Assembly (NCBI GenBank): GCA_951406725.2
Contig: OX597814.1
Coordinates: forward strand, 182,342,001 to 182,406,000
Source: Octopus vulgaris
Lineage: Eukaryota
Direction: 5' to 3'
DNA: 64,000 nucleotides
Shown here: positions 50,668 to 63,960 of the stretch, in pieces
Layout: every line of letters starts with the position of its first letter
How positions within the stretch are numbered: position 1 is the first letter of the stretch
Translations under genes and position numbers: made by a program
The notes under the pieces: generated by a model
Told to the model about the DNA's origin: nothing
The model's input: the letters and a program-made list of their open reading frames with translations, nothing else
Databases searched by the model: none

Positions 50668-50844
50668 GCAGGAGTGGCTGTGTGGTCTGTGTGGTAAGTA
50701 GCTTGCTTATCAACCACATAGTTCTGGGTTCAGTCTCACTGCGTGGCACCTTGGCCAAATGTCTTCTACTATAGCTTCGGGCCGACCAAAGTCTTATGAA
50801 TGGATTTGGTAGACGGAAACTGAAAGAACCCCGTCGTATATATG

Positions 50845-50911
<67 letters not shown>

Positions 50912-51102
50912 CTGTGTTTGTCTCCCCAACATCGCTTGACAGCCGATGGGGGGGGGTACGTCCCCGTAACTTAGCGGTGCGGCAAAAGAGACCGATAGAA
51001 TAAGTACTAGGCTTACAAAGAATAAGTCCTGGGGTCGATTTGCTCGACTAAAGGCGGTGCTCCAGCATGGCCGCAGTCAAATGACTGAAACAAGTAAAAA
51101 AA
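50668..51102 (+). mobile_element. Composite microsatellite-containing SINE
   Basis: Homologous to 13078-13510. Confidence 0.9.
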
Positions 51103-51646
51103 GTATTAATTTGAACAGCAAACACGGAGAGTGGTAAATTCGTATACAGGAATACTGTTCAAGATAAATTCCTGGTTTATTGGCATTATTTTCACTTCAG
51201 GAGAAAGCAAACACCTGGAGACAATTGCAGCCGACTTCAAAGAATTAAGAATTCTGCATAAACACACCATTTAAGAATAGACGATTTGCTTATTCATTGA
51301 CACAAGAGGAACACTGTGAATACGAGTTTCTGCACCCATAGCTGTCACCAGTACAGTATTACTGTACTTTGACTCCAGCCAGACACGACTTGGATATATA
51401 CGAAGAGTAGACAGCAGTTATACCCTCACTAACCCCCCTCTCTCTCTCTCTCTTTCTCTCAGCCGAAATTGCGAGGATGATCCGGTTCTTGACTGAGGAT
51501 AAAAAGCTTCGAATGACCCGTCCTTGTTTTTTTGTATCGTCTATCTGGATGTTTTTATATCAACTAGTTGTCCGGATGTTTTGGGTTCTTGTCCCTTTTG
51601 TATTATATATATATATATACAGCAGCGTACGTACACTTTGGTCTCT

Positions 51647-51684
<38 letters not shown>

Positions 51685-51753
51685 TACATACATATAAATA
51701 TACATGCATACATACATACATACATACATACATACATACATACATACATACAT

Positions 51754-51787
<34 letters not shown>

Positions 51788-52197
51788 GTAACTCACACAC
51801 AAGAATATGCATATAGAAACACGTACACCCTCTCTATAGACTCTCAAGCTTAAAGAGATGAAAGGAATATTCAGTTGTAAAAAAAAAACGAAAATACTAA
51901 GATACAACAAACATACATTCTTGTTCTTTGTGAAGCATGGCTGCAAAATAGCAGAACTTTTACATTCACATCTTGTTTGTATTGCTGATGTTAGCGGTAG
52001 TGATACTCTGATGTTGTTGGTAATAGTAGTGGTGGAAATGAAATAGCTAATGGTGGTGGTAGAGGTGAGGCTGTTAGTTGTCCTGGTAGTAGAGCCAGCA
52101 CTGTTGATAGTGTTGTTGGTGTTATTGTTGTTGTTGTTGTTGTTGTAAGGCGGCGAGCTGGCAAAAACGTTAGCACGCTGGGCGAAATGCGTAGCCG

Positions 52198-52939
52198 TAT
52201 TACAACAAGCGCTATCAGCATTACCCCCCACCAGTACTATCAACAATAACACCAGTCGTTCAAGAATTTGGACCTGGAGATCTCCATTTCCAGTGACTTC
52301 GAGGCCCACCTCCCAGTGGTGTCGGGCATCATCTTGACTACAACAAGACGACCAAAGTTTATTTTTTTCCAAGGTCTGGGGTATTTCTAACTATTACTCT
52401 GTCTCTATCTGTTCTCTCTCTATCTGCCTATCTACCGTCTCCTCCTCCTCCTGCTTCTTCATCGCCGCCGCCGCCGCCAGGTTTATCTTAAGATCTCCAG
52501 AGAAGACGTACAAAGCACTTTAGAGATGGAAGACGGACACACAGCAGCCGTCTGTGGAGATGTATGAGAGTGTGTGAGTGAGTGTGTGTGTGTCTGCTGT
52601 CTGTGAGAGAGAGAGTGTGTGTGTGGAGATGACATGGAGACTTGCTGAGAATTGCTCCCGAATAAGCTGGCCGACCTCGGAGTGCTGCGTGAGTAGTGTG
52701 GTGGGGTGGCCTTGTCAGTGAAAGGTGCCAAGTTGGAGGCGGGGAACCACCAGGGACACTTTTGTTTTAAAGACGTGTGGGTAAGCAAGCTTTTCCACTT
52801 AGTATAATGTGTGTGCTGTGGATGTGTGTGTGTGTGGCGGGGCTCTGTATGTGTGTGTCACAGTGTGTGGTACTGCAAGTGTGAGTGTATGTGTCACTGT
52901 GTTTATGAGTGTGTGTCTGTGTTGGGCCGCCCTCTATGA

Positions 52940-52986
<47 letters not shown>

Positions 52987-53272
52987 ATATCTATATATTG
53001 TTGTTGTTGTTGTTGTTAAGCAAAAAGACGGGTAAGGGTGATTAGGTGATGGTCTAAAGCTTAGGGGCGGGATACACCAGACCTTGGAAAAAAAATAAAC
53101 TTTGGTCGTCTTGTTGTAGTCAAGGGCTCTTCGTTGATGCCCGACACCACTGGGACGTGGGCCTCAAAGTCGCTAGAAATGGAGATCTCCAGGTCCAAAT
53201 TCTTGAACGACTGGTGTTATTGTTGATAGTACTGGGGGGGGGGGGGTAATGCTGATAGCGCTTGTTGTAATA
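52198..53272. repeat. Inverted repeat (about 180-195-bp arms, about 700-bp spacer) fused to a Nin-SINE head
   Basis: Arms at about 52198-52379 and 53077-53272; the SINE head 52149-52200 ends at CCGTAT. Confidence 0.9.
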
Positions 53273-54157
53273 GTTGTTGTTGGTGAAGTTGGTTTTGGTT
53301 ATAGTGGATACAGTAATGGAAATAACAGTGGTGACACGTTTTTCTTTTCTATTTTATCATGTTGGTGGCTTGTAGTTATATTCCGTGTCAAATTTCGTAG
53401 GGCCTGAAAAAATTCTTGTTCCGCGTTCCAAAGTTTCTCCCGGTTGCAGAGGAGTATTAGTAGAGAGTATAAAGTTTTTTGTTAGTGTAAGTAGTACTGC
53501 TTTGTTATGTGGTCTGTCACCTCTTCATTTAACTTCCTCACCTCGCCTCTCTCCCCCTCACACCTACTTCCACCCACCCACATCTCCTCTCTTGCTCCGA
53601 CACCTACTTCTTCTCTTCACTCCTACTGACATTCTCCTTCACCCTTCATCGTCACCCCTCCCTCGTAAGCCCACCCCACCCCTACACATTCCACCCCCAC
53701 TTTCCCTATCCTTCCCCATCCCACCCCATCCCTTACACCCACTCCCACATACCCCACCTCTACCCCCCTCAACTTAACCCATACCCCACCCTTGCTGTCC
53801 CCACTCTTGCCTCCCCCACCTCCCAACACCATCACACCACACACCACTACACCATACACCACCATACCACACAACACATCACAACACACCACCACGCACA
53901 CACCAGCACTGACCACTTCCAAGACCCACATTTTCACACCTACACACACACACACGTCAAGATCACCAGCCCTCTTCTACACGCACATACAAACTCTGAT
54001 ACACACGCACGTGCACCTTCGTTTTGGGATCACCACTACTCTATTATTTCCCCTTCTCCCTATCTCTCCTGTGTGACCCTTCTGTCCGGCACTCGGCATA
54101 ACAGATCGCTAGTCACTATACATTCTTTATTTTCTCTCCTTGTTTCTTTCTGTGTTC

Positions 54158-54193
54158 CTTTCTGTGGAAGAGCGTAGGCTCGAAACGTTAAAG
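54158..54193 (+). ncRNA. Hammerhead ribozyme-like motif, A6U core variant
   Basis: cttt-CTGTGGA-A-GAGC-gtag-GCTC-GAAAC-GT-T-aaag; stems I, II and palindromic III intact. Confidence 0.55.
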
Positions 54194-54289
54194 ACTTTTT
54201 CACTTCCCGAGCGTTATACTAATACTTCTGTTTGTTCTCTACACCACCTGTCTTCGTCTTTTGGGGTTTTTTTGTGTGAATTCTCCCTA

Positions 54290-54349
<60 letters not shown>

Positions 54350-55220
54350 GTTTGTATGTTTTTGTGACTATGTTTGTTTCCCTCTATCGCGTGACATCGG
54401 TGTTGATTTGTTTACATCCCAGTAACCTAGCTATTGGACAATAGATACCGATAGAATAAGTACCAGGCTTTAAAAAAATAAGTATTAAGGCTGATTCATT
54501 GAACTAAAATTCTTCTAGGCACTACTCCAGCATGGCCCCAGTCTAATGACTGAAACAAGTACAAAATAAAAGAAAAAAATAAATAAAATAAGGAAAAGCC
54601 GACAGCTATAAAATATGGGTACAATATTTTGTTAAAAGCAATATTTTTACACAGCCCAAAAGAATACGCAATAAACCATGATGATCTATGTGGAAAATTC
54701 TTTCTGTACGAATTCTAAGCTTGTTACCTGTAAACTTAGTGACCTTACAATTGTGAAACGTATGTAAAAAAAATCCTTAGTCTAACATTCTCGCACAAAA
54801 GAATACGTGAGAATTATGCTTCTGGTAACATATACATATGAAAACACATATGTAAACAAATCAACACCATTATCACGCTATAGAGGGGAACAAACATAGT
54901 CACAAAACCATACAAACGTTATATATATATATATATTAACACGCAGACATCTTTATCTATGAATACACATGCAAACACTCATACTCACTGAAACACACAT
55001 GCACATGCGCGCGCACGAACACTTTTCTATTCACTGTATTACCCATGAGAGAGAAAAGTTTTTCCGCGTTCATATTTAATATTCAGATCGCCCTACTGAG
55101 GTATTTTCTCCCGTCTCTATTGTTAAATATAATAATATAAATGGTTTTACGGTACTAGTTTTGTATGTTTCCTAGTCAGACATACAAATATATTTTCAAA
55201 ATATGCAATATATGTGTGTG

Positions 55221-55303
<83 letters not shown>

Positions 55304-55360
55304 TATATATACATACATACATACACTCATATATATATATACACACACATATTTATGCAT

Positions 55361-55391
<31 letters not shown>

Positions 55392-55978
55392 GATACATAG
55401 GCATACAAGTAGCCGTGTGTGTACGCGCGCCTTTGCCTCCGTGTGTGTGTGTGTCTGTCTGTCTGTATCTATATATGTGTGTGATTGTGTGCGTACGTGC
55501 GTGCATGCGCATGTGTGTGTGTGTCTGCGTGTGTGTGTGTGTTTGTGTGTGTGTGTGGTTGCGTGCGTGTGTTCAGCCGACTTTCATTAATGAAGTATCG
55601 TTGAAGCTTGTGGAATGTCAGATTAGTGCATTTGTTGGGTCGCCAATGGTTGGATTAACACATACAGTTTACCCAACAGTTCACTACCTTATCCTACCTT
55701 TAAAATACTCAGTATTAATCAATAAAAGGGTAAATACTCCCTTCGGTCATGAATGACCATGGGATTATACTTAGAAAGTTCCCTTCCAAGGCATAAGGCC
55801 GGGCAGGGTTGTGTATGGAAGACCAACAGTCTCGCCACTCCATGCTACCGATGTTATCCAAGGGAAACGCAAAGGCCGATACAGCTTGGCACCAGTGACA
55901 TCGAAACTCATTTCTACAGTTGAGTGAATGGGAGTAACGTGAAATAAAGTTTCATGATCAAGAATATAACGCATTAAA

Positions 55979-56376
55979 TCTCTCTATATATAAAGCTGAA
56001 GCTGTCTGTGTATGGCATGTTTGGTAGCCTTCAACTAACACTATCTCCTCCGAGACCTTGCGGCGCAAGTTGACCAAAATTGAGAGTATGATAGAAGAAG
56101 GCTTGCTCTTTCTTCCGTACAAGAAAAAGTCCAAATCGGACCATGTTAACACCAAAAATTATTTACATCAAAAAGGTACTTTTTTTCTATTAAAATCCCT
56201 ATTTTTTACGATTTTTTTACTGCTGTGTCGCCATTTTTCGGTGTATTTCAACCAGAAAAATGTTCACTTAAAGAGAATAACAAGCTACATAATGCAAAAT
56301 TTTTACTTTTCAAAAATTCCAATTCTAAAGGGTCGAAAAGAAAACAAGCCCGAGCAACGCTGGGCTATACTGCTAG
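55979..56376 (+). mobile_element. Complete non-autonomous Helitron
   Basis: Inserted between A and T; 5' TC, subterminal hairpin AGCCCGAGC-AAC-GCTGGGCT, 3' CTAG. It abuts a SINE remnant (about 55720-55972, minus). Confidence 0.88.
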
Positions 56377-56702
56377 TTGATTAATAAAAGGGAAAAAAGA
56401 AAAGGAAAGAAAAGAAACGAGATAAAAAAAACAAATGAAATTTTAATAAAGAACAATTAAAATAATGGGTACATGGTACAATAGTTTTATCGACTTGTAT
56501 AAAGAAGCTTAACATTGCTGTCTCCAAAGGGAATAGCTGGCAATGACAACAAACCAGAGTTACATATCAGGAAGAAGAAGCTGTTAGGATCACGATTTTC
56601 ATATTGAAAGGGAGCTGCAACATCAGGCACTGGTAAGCTGCGTTGTGGTCTGGAATAATGAAGCCACATTGTAATAATCATACTCGTAACCTAGTCTTTG
56701 TA

Positions 56703-57267
56703 TTGGGTTGTCCGGAAAATTGCCAATTTTTAAAGGAAAGAAGAAGGTCAATAAATACTTGCCATTGCATTTTTAATCAACCAAATATGAACCATTTTGT
56801 TGCACAATACGTCTCCATCTTTCCTTTAACTTGAAAATACCCTCTTCCTAGAATTGAGGTGGTTTCATGGCAAAGAATTCATCAAGGTATCTTAAAACGT
56901 TATCCAAGATATTTAAATTTTTACCATTAAGACTATTCTGCAGAGACCTGAATAAGTGGAAATCCGAAGGAGCAATATCTGGTGAATATGGAGGGTGGGG
57001 GTAACACATCCCAGCCGAGCTGCAGCAATTTTTGTCTGGTTCCCAAAGCATCAAGTGCCGAAAATGAACTTTCTTATCTTCCATTTTAAAGGGTTACAGA
57101 ATTAACACAGGTTATAGGAACATTAACCTTCTTCCCCGAAGAAGATAGCTTAAACTGTGCTCTAAATGGAGGTGTAGTCAAATCCTATTTTAGGGATTCA
57201 ACCATGTTCTAAAATAAGTCGAAAGGTAAGCTACTATAAATCGGCACAAACTTTCCGGACAACCCAA
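56703..57267 (-). mobile_element. Internally deleted mariner element (second copy)
   Basis: Same TIRs, TA TSD and deletion junction as 16482-17015; HPPYSPDIAPSDFHLFRSLQ. Confidence 0.95.
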
Positions 57268-57883
57268 TACTTCATCAAAATCTTTAGCCTATTCCTTCAC
57301 CAGATCTCTATACACCTCAACACGTTGACTTAGGAAGTACTTTATCTGTACCTCATCCAGTTTCGAACTTTTCCCGTCTTTCATTACCCTCCCTTTGTGC
57401 ATCTTTTTCTTTGGATGTCGCTGTCCAGTGTCTTCAGAAGATAAAATTTACCTGTTATGGAAAATGTAGCATTCGAGCCTTTTACACTATAAGAAATACT
57501 CCTTTTTTGCTTTAGGATCACGATTGGGAATAATTACGAGGAAGTTTTCTCAATTGTTTCAAATTCTGGCACAAGGACGGCAATTTTAAAGGATGGAAGT
57601 TAGTTGATTTCATTGAACTTAGTACTTCGCAACCACGTAAGGATGAAAGGCAAAGTTGACCTCAATGGGATATGAACTCAGAACGCAAATCTTATCTTAA
57701 TATAGAACAAAATATGTTGGGTAGAGTGGATAGATATATTTATTAAACCTAAAATTGGCACACCTACTCTGAGTATCACCCAAGGCTGCGCTGTTCATCA
57801 CTATAGCCTACAGTTGTGAGCAGCTCAGTCTGGGGCGAAACTCGTAGTTTGTCAATTTTTGACAAAATAAGCATATATATGCA

Positions 57884-57957
<74 letters not shown>

Positions 57958-58514
57958 TATGTCTACATATGTATATAGAAAGACAGAGGAAAAGATAAGT
58001 TATTAAAGGAAGGCAGATAGGAATAAGCGGAATGAGAATAAGGTGGCTATCGATTCAGAGTTCAAATTATGCCTCTCAGAATTTCGGTAAGACCGCAGTG
58101 GTGTTGGTAAGGAAGTGTGTGGGGCATGCATAAGGGCTTCTTCGTTGTTTCTCTGGTTATCTTCTGCATGTTGGTGGAATATCTGAGAGAGTTGAACATC
58201 TGATTAAATGCACTGAATAATTTTTTTCTCCATCTCAGTTCCATGTTCTAAACGTGCTGGGTCAAGTTTGCCTTGGTTAATTGGAGTAAAGATCAATGTC
58301 CGCGTGAAATATAGCAAAAAAAAAGAGTTTCTCTTGAATATACTCATAAATATGCATACATTTACTTTGCGGTAACCCATTTGGAGTTGTCTATAAATTT
58401 TACATCTTCACTCGATGCATGAAGACAAATTCTCATGAAGTCTTACTACAAACTACCGTTTTCCATGAGAGGCTGAATATGAAACGACCGGCTCGAACAA
58501 GGAGAACAAAAACC

Positions 58515-58782
58515 GGATCTTTTCGCTTTGACCGGCAGATTTTTAAAATAATTTCTTTGTAACTAAACACTTGAATTCACCTCAATAGACGTCATTGATT
58601 GGTTGAAATTGTCGAAATGCAAGAAATTAAACAACAAATAGCTTACAAATTACAGAATTTTCTCAAGAAAGCCAAGAGAAAAAGATTTTTTATAAACACA
58701 TTCTACCAGTATACGAAGTTTAAAAGTGTTTAGTTACAAAGAAATTATTTTTAAAAATCTGCCGGTCAAAGTGAAAAGATTC
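58515..58782. mobile_element. Symmetric derivative of the GGATC MITE
   Basis: About 57-bp TIRs, both derived from the same end of the 43936 element. Confidence 0.85.
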
Positions 58783-59797
58783 ACAAAACCGCGTTAATGT
58801 ATAACCGAAAAATTATCAAACCGAATGAGTAAAAACCCCTTCAGTGTGCTGTATTAAGTAAGATATCAAGTAGAAGTTTTAAAATACATAGAAGCGATTT
58901 ATGTGGTAATTAGACTCCCGTGAATCTCACAAGTTACATCTTCATTCGCCTAATTGAGACATTTATGTATTAAGAAGGCTCTACAGGGTATTAGAAATTA
59001 GTTGGAGATGACTACGTGAAATAAACAATCTAAAAGAGCGAATCGAGAATGTATCCAAGTGAAGAAAATAAGCATATATTTCCAAGATATCTAAATGCCT
59101 CTGTGACTACTCGCTTCTTCAACAGGTGTAAAAAAAACACAGTTTCTCGTTAAACCTTATGATAAATAGCAGTCCGTTACAAGGAATTAAATATAAAGCG
59201 ATGTAACATACAAGGGGAACGAAACAAGCGCGTTTACATACCATCAAAAACTTCTTGTCTTACGGAGGCATTGAACATACTTATACGTATATACCATATG
59301 TCAACTAAATTTGATGGCTTGTTTCTTTCTCATATAATTTCATCTGTTGTCAGCGAAGATGGCCAATCAATAAAATACAGTGCTTGGTACTTTTTAGGAA
59401 TATAAAAGAAACTCAAAACTTCAGTCCCACTGTGTTGGATAATATGGTCCAGGTACAACACTCAGGGCCATATTATCAAGTGAATCTTTGTCCGAGCAGA
59501 AAAGTATGATCCAAGGGAGATTTTATGGTCATTTCGAGCAGGTCAAACGACCGTGGAAAGAAACCATCATTGATTCATGTATAGTTTTGTGTTTCTTATA
59601 TATTCCTAAAGATTAAATTCAACATCTACAATGCTATAGAGCTTCTGTTACTCACTTTGTGGTATCTGCTTACCACTAGGAAGACTCAGTCGTTGAGAAA
59701 TAAGTGTCTCCGGTATGGATATGCAGCTTAGTACTCCTGAAAGTGTTTTCACTACCTAACACCAATCAGATTGATGCCTGGTACTCTATCAACTCTT

Positions 59798-59982
59798 GGT
59801 ATTTCATCTGCCGCTACGTTCTGAGTTCAAATTCCGCCGATGTCGACTTTGCCTTTCATCCTTTCGGGGTCGATAAATTAAGTACCAGTTAAGCACTGGG
59901 GTCGATGTAATCGACTTAATCCGTCTGTCTGTCCTTGTTTGTCCTCTCTGTGTTTAGCCCCTTGTGGGTAGTAAAGAAATAG
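59798..59982 (+). mobile_element. Headless Nin-SINE starting at GGTATTTC
   Basis: TSD GGTACTCTATCAACTCTT. Confidence 0.9.
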
Positions 59983-60119
59983 GTACTCTATCAACTCTTC
60001 ATTTTTAGCTCTCTCCGTTGAACTTTCTCTGGGGGTTTCCAATTCGAATTACATCGAGATCAATTTTACTCTTCTTCCTCTATGAGCCAATAGAGCCAAT
60101 AAAAGATATATTCGTATAT

Positions 60120-60596
60120 CTGTTTCTTTACTACCCACAAGGGGCTAAACACAGAAAGGACAAACAAGGACAGACAAAGGGATTAAGTCGATTATATCGA
60201 CCCCAGTGCGTAACTGGTACTTAATTTATCGACCCCGAAAGGATGAAAGGCAAAGTCGACCTCGGCCGAATTTGAACTCAGAACGTAACGGCAGACGAAA
60301 TACGGCTACGCATTTTGCCCGGCGTGCTAACATTTCTGCCAGCTCGCCGGCTTATAAAAGATATATTCGTATATCTATTTCTTTACTACCCACAAGGAGC
60401 TAAACACAGAGGGGACAAACAAAGGGATTAAGTCGATTACATCGACCCCAGTGCGTAACTGGTTCTTATTTAATCGACCCCGAAAGGATGAAAAGCAAAG
60501 TCGACCTCGGCGGAATTTGAACTCAGAACGTAACGACAGACGAAATACGGCTACGCATTTCGCCCGGCGTGCTAACGTTTCTGCCAGCTCGCCGCC
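60120..60596 (-). mobile_element. Tandem pair of full Nin-SINEs with triplicated target site
   Basis: ATAAAAGATATATT(C/T)GTATATC at 60099, 60354 and 60599. Confidence 0.9.
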
Positions 60597-61895
60597 TAAT
60601 AAAAGATATATTTGTATATCATCGACAGAGCTCGATCAAACGTGTGAAGGGAGTTGGGAACACAAAAAAAAAAAAAAGAAATAGAAAAAAAAACAATTTG
60701 CAGAGTCAGCAGGATGTATGACATCACTAACACTAAGATCAAAGTACTCCAGTTGTAACCATCTAATCTCTTTCCCCAGGCACACTAGATCACAGAAAAT
60801 GATACATTAACTCAGTGTTTCCCATTCTGGGACCATATGGTTTCAAAGGGACCATGGCAAAGTCAAGTGGGACCACGAAAATTTTGAAATTCGAGTGAAG
60901 TACGGGTTTATTGAAAATAGCAACATAGCTACCACTCTGTTTCTTCCTAAAATTTTCTATTACTGTCTTCAACTCTTTAAAATTTACACACAAAACATAA
61001 TGCACATAACATACGAATGCATTTTCTGTCTTAAGTTCCGTCATGACAAAAAGAATAAAAAATGGTATCGTTTGATAATTTATCAATCATGAATCGAGTA
61101 TCAAGTTGGCATTGAAAACTTTTGTATGAATTAAATATCATACAACTGGTAACAATCTCTAAGGATAATTGCCTGTGACGCTCTGTTGAACTTTGAGACA
61201 GTGTTTAAACATTCATTTAAAGAAAAAAAATCATGATAATAGAATTGATTTAAAACAAGATTTAAATTTCGGTATTTGATAGATTTTGCAAGTTGTATTT
61301 TTATTAGCGGTTTTAACTTTTTCTAATGTGACAGGTTTCTACTATTAGCCATGTATTACAGAATTTAAATATTTGTTTCACTGATAATGCCGAGGGAGGG
61401 AGAACCAAAAAATTAGATATCAAAGTGGATGTCATCAGCTAAAATAAAGACTGTGTCCCACTGTGTTGGATAATATGGTCCAGGTACAACACTCAGGGCC
61501 ATATTATCAAGTGAATCTTTGTCCGAGCAGAAAAGTATGACCCGAGGAAAATATTATGGTCATTTCGAGCAGGTCAAACGACCGTGGAAAGGAACCATCA
61601 TTGATTCATGTATAGTGCTGTAGTCAGGGACAGCACTATAAAATTTACGAATATTTTTCTTTCCAGTGTTAAGTTCACTCGATCCATATGAGAGAGGGAG
61701 AAATTATCCACGAAAGATCTATGACAGAATTTATCCAGGTTAAGGATTGGATAAAGGTGTATAGTTATAGCTCATCCATTTAACAGTGCGAAGTTTGGGA
61801 ATAAGTACCAATCCTTGTCGGCTCTTTTCATTCAAAAGAAGATGAAAAAAAAGAAAAGAAAGAAAATATGATGTTAGATTCGACCGAGTTGACAT

Positions 61896-62127
61896 ATATT
61901 TCTTTACTACCCACAAGGGGCTAAACACAGAGGGGACAAACAAGGACAGACAAACGGATTAAGTCGATTATATCGACCCCAGTGCGTAACTGGTACTTAA
62001 TTTATCGACCTCAAAAGGATGAAAGGCAAAGTCGACCTCGGCGGAATTTGAACTCAGAACGTAACGGCAGACGAAATACGGCTACGCATTTCGCCCGGCG
62101 TGTTAACGATTCTGCCAGCTCGCCGCC
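61896..62127 (-). mobile_element. Nin-domain SINE
   Basis: About 30-bp TSD TATGATGTTA(GA/AG)TTCGACCGAGTTGACATA. Confidence 0.9.
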
Positions 62128-63126
62128 TTTTATGATGTTAAGTTCGACCGAGTTGACATAATCACGCGTCCCACAGTCTGAACAGGTAAACCTGTGGGCT
62201 GTCTCGATGTATTTACCTCTATTAGTCTACAGCGAGAAATTTTCTTCATGACAAAACAGAGTGAGTGGCTTTCTTGCGGGTTCGAATATGCCTCAAGCAT
62301 ATTTGAACAGGTAACAAGTTGGTATTTATATGCATCACTGCTTAGCGCTGTCAATTCGCATAATCAAGTGTTCAAGCAGTATTTTCTTTCGTACTGGGTG
62401 ATTTACTTTAAACCATCCTTAATTGAAAATACCTGTTATCAAAGACGCTCCTACCACGACCTATCTTTTATTGAGAGCATCTATGATTATCTGATAGTTA
62501 ATCAAATTGGCAGTAGATGATATAAGCGAGATTAAGCTGCTTTTGCAGGTCGAACAATCGCATAAAGGTTTCCTCGTTAATTCGAAAGAAGATATCACTT
62601 GCCGAGTGGCGAATCAATTAACTTATGACACTGACACACGCTCGCGAACATTGGCCGTGTGCCTGTGAATTGTCATTGCATATTCAATTAGCGACTTAAT
62701 TGTTTTACATGAAGATTGTCAAATTTCTCTCCCGGAGACATATGCATGCTGTGAAGGTAAACAGCAGAAGTGCGCAAATAAGCATTGACATATTTCTATT
62801 TATAAAAATGTCTTTGTTCATGCGTTTAAATGCAAAGCGATCGCAAGAAAGTACATATGATACTTACACAGCGCATATTTATTTAAAGATCATGCAATTT
62901 TTCCATATATGTGCCGCGATGAGGCTGGGTGTCTACATGGTCGTTCGACCTGTTAGAAAAAGCAGCCAAATCTCCCGCAAATCAAACTTTGCTGTTGTAC
63001 AAATAAAAGGAAGGACACACTACATAATGTCTTTTGTTCATTTTTAAAAATCGGTTTGGTCTGAAGGAAAGGGTTACAGTTACGGTCTTTGCCGGTCTTC
63101 CGCGACCATCTATCTACATTGATACC

Positions 63127-63611
63127 TCTTTCTTTACTACCCACAAGGGGCTACACACAGAGGGGACAAACAAGAACAGTCAAACGGATTAAATCGATTA
63201 CATCGACCCCAGTGCGTAACTGGTACTTAATTTATCGACCCCGAAAAGATGAAAGGTAAAGTCGACCTCGGCAGAATTTGAACTCAGAACGTAATGGCAG
63301 ACGAAATACCGCTAGGCGTTTCGCCTGGCGTGCTAACGTTTCTGCCAGCTCGCCGCCTTCTATCTATCTACACTGATACCTATTTCTTTACTACCCACAA
63401 GGGGCTACACACAGAGGGGACAAACAAGGACAGACAAACGGATTAAGTCGATTACATCGACCCCAGTGCGTAACTGGTACTTAATTTATCGACCCCGAAA
63501 GGATGAAAGGTAAAGTCGACCTCGGCAGAATTTGAACTCAGAACGTAATGGCAGCCGAAATACCGCTAAGCATTTCGCCCAGCGTGCTAACGATTCTGCC
63601 AACTCGCCGCC
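63127..63611 (-). mobile_element. Tandem pair of full Nin-SINEs with triplicated target site
   Basis: TATCTACA(C/T)TGAT(A/G)CC at 63111, 63365 and 63613. Confidence 0.9.
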
Positions 63612-63629
63612 TTATCTACACTGATGCCG

Positions 63630-63960
63630 TTAATGTCCTGCCTGAATTAATGCAAATTGATAGCAGAAGGAAAAAAACATGTGCAAGGAGAGAATTCCAG
63701 AAGGCCGACGTTCTTGGGAAGAAGGACAGGAAGGTACTGGCTAGTGATAAGGTTTGTGGTAATGGTTAGTGATAAGGCAACGGGTGATAAGAAAGGAAGA
63801 GAGGAATGCGTTCGAAGTATCTAAGTAGATGGAACCCAAGAACAGCCAGCACCAAAAAGCAGAGATCGTTATAGCAGAAGCGGAAAGGCAGAGAGGAGAG
63901 AATATGCCTGTGAGCAAGACTAAAATGTACTCGTGAGCAAAATCGTATTATTTTTGTGTT
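63630..63960 (-). mobile_element. Decayed CR1/L2-group LINE C-terminal fragment
   Basis: Minus translation includes FFPRTSAFWNSLLAHVF, resembling the CR1-group ORF2 tail. Confidence 0.5.

Larger units (their letters stand above)
59424..61616 (+). repeat. Pair of about 162-bp direct repeats (59424-59585 and 61455-61616)
   Basis: GTCCCACTGTGTTGGATAATATGG...TTGATTCATGTATAGT, nearly identical in both copies. Confidence 0.9.

Noticed and set aside
51488-51520. CTGAGGA...TTCGAA upstream of a repeat shared with 46790-46890
   Set aside because: No GAAA and no stem II; possibly a relic but unsupported.
51560-52372. 270-aa minus-strand ORF
   Set aside because: Chimera of an inverted repeat arm, a SINE head, low-complexity sequence and microsatellite.
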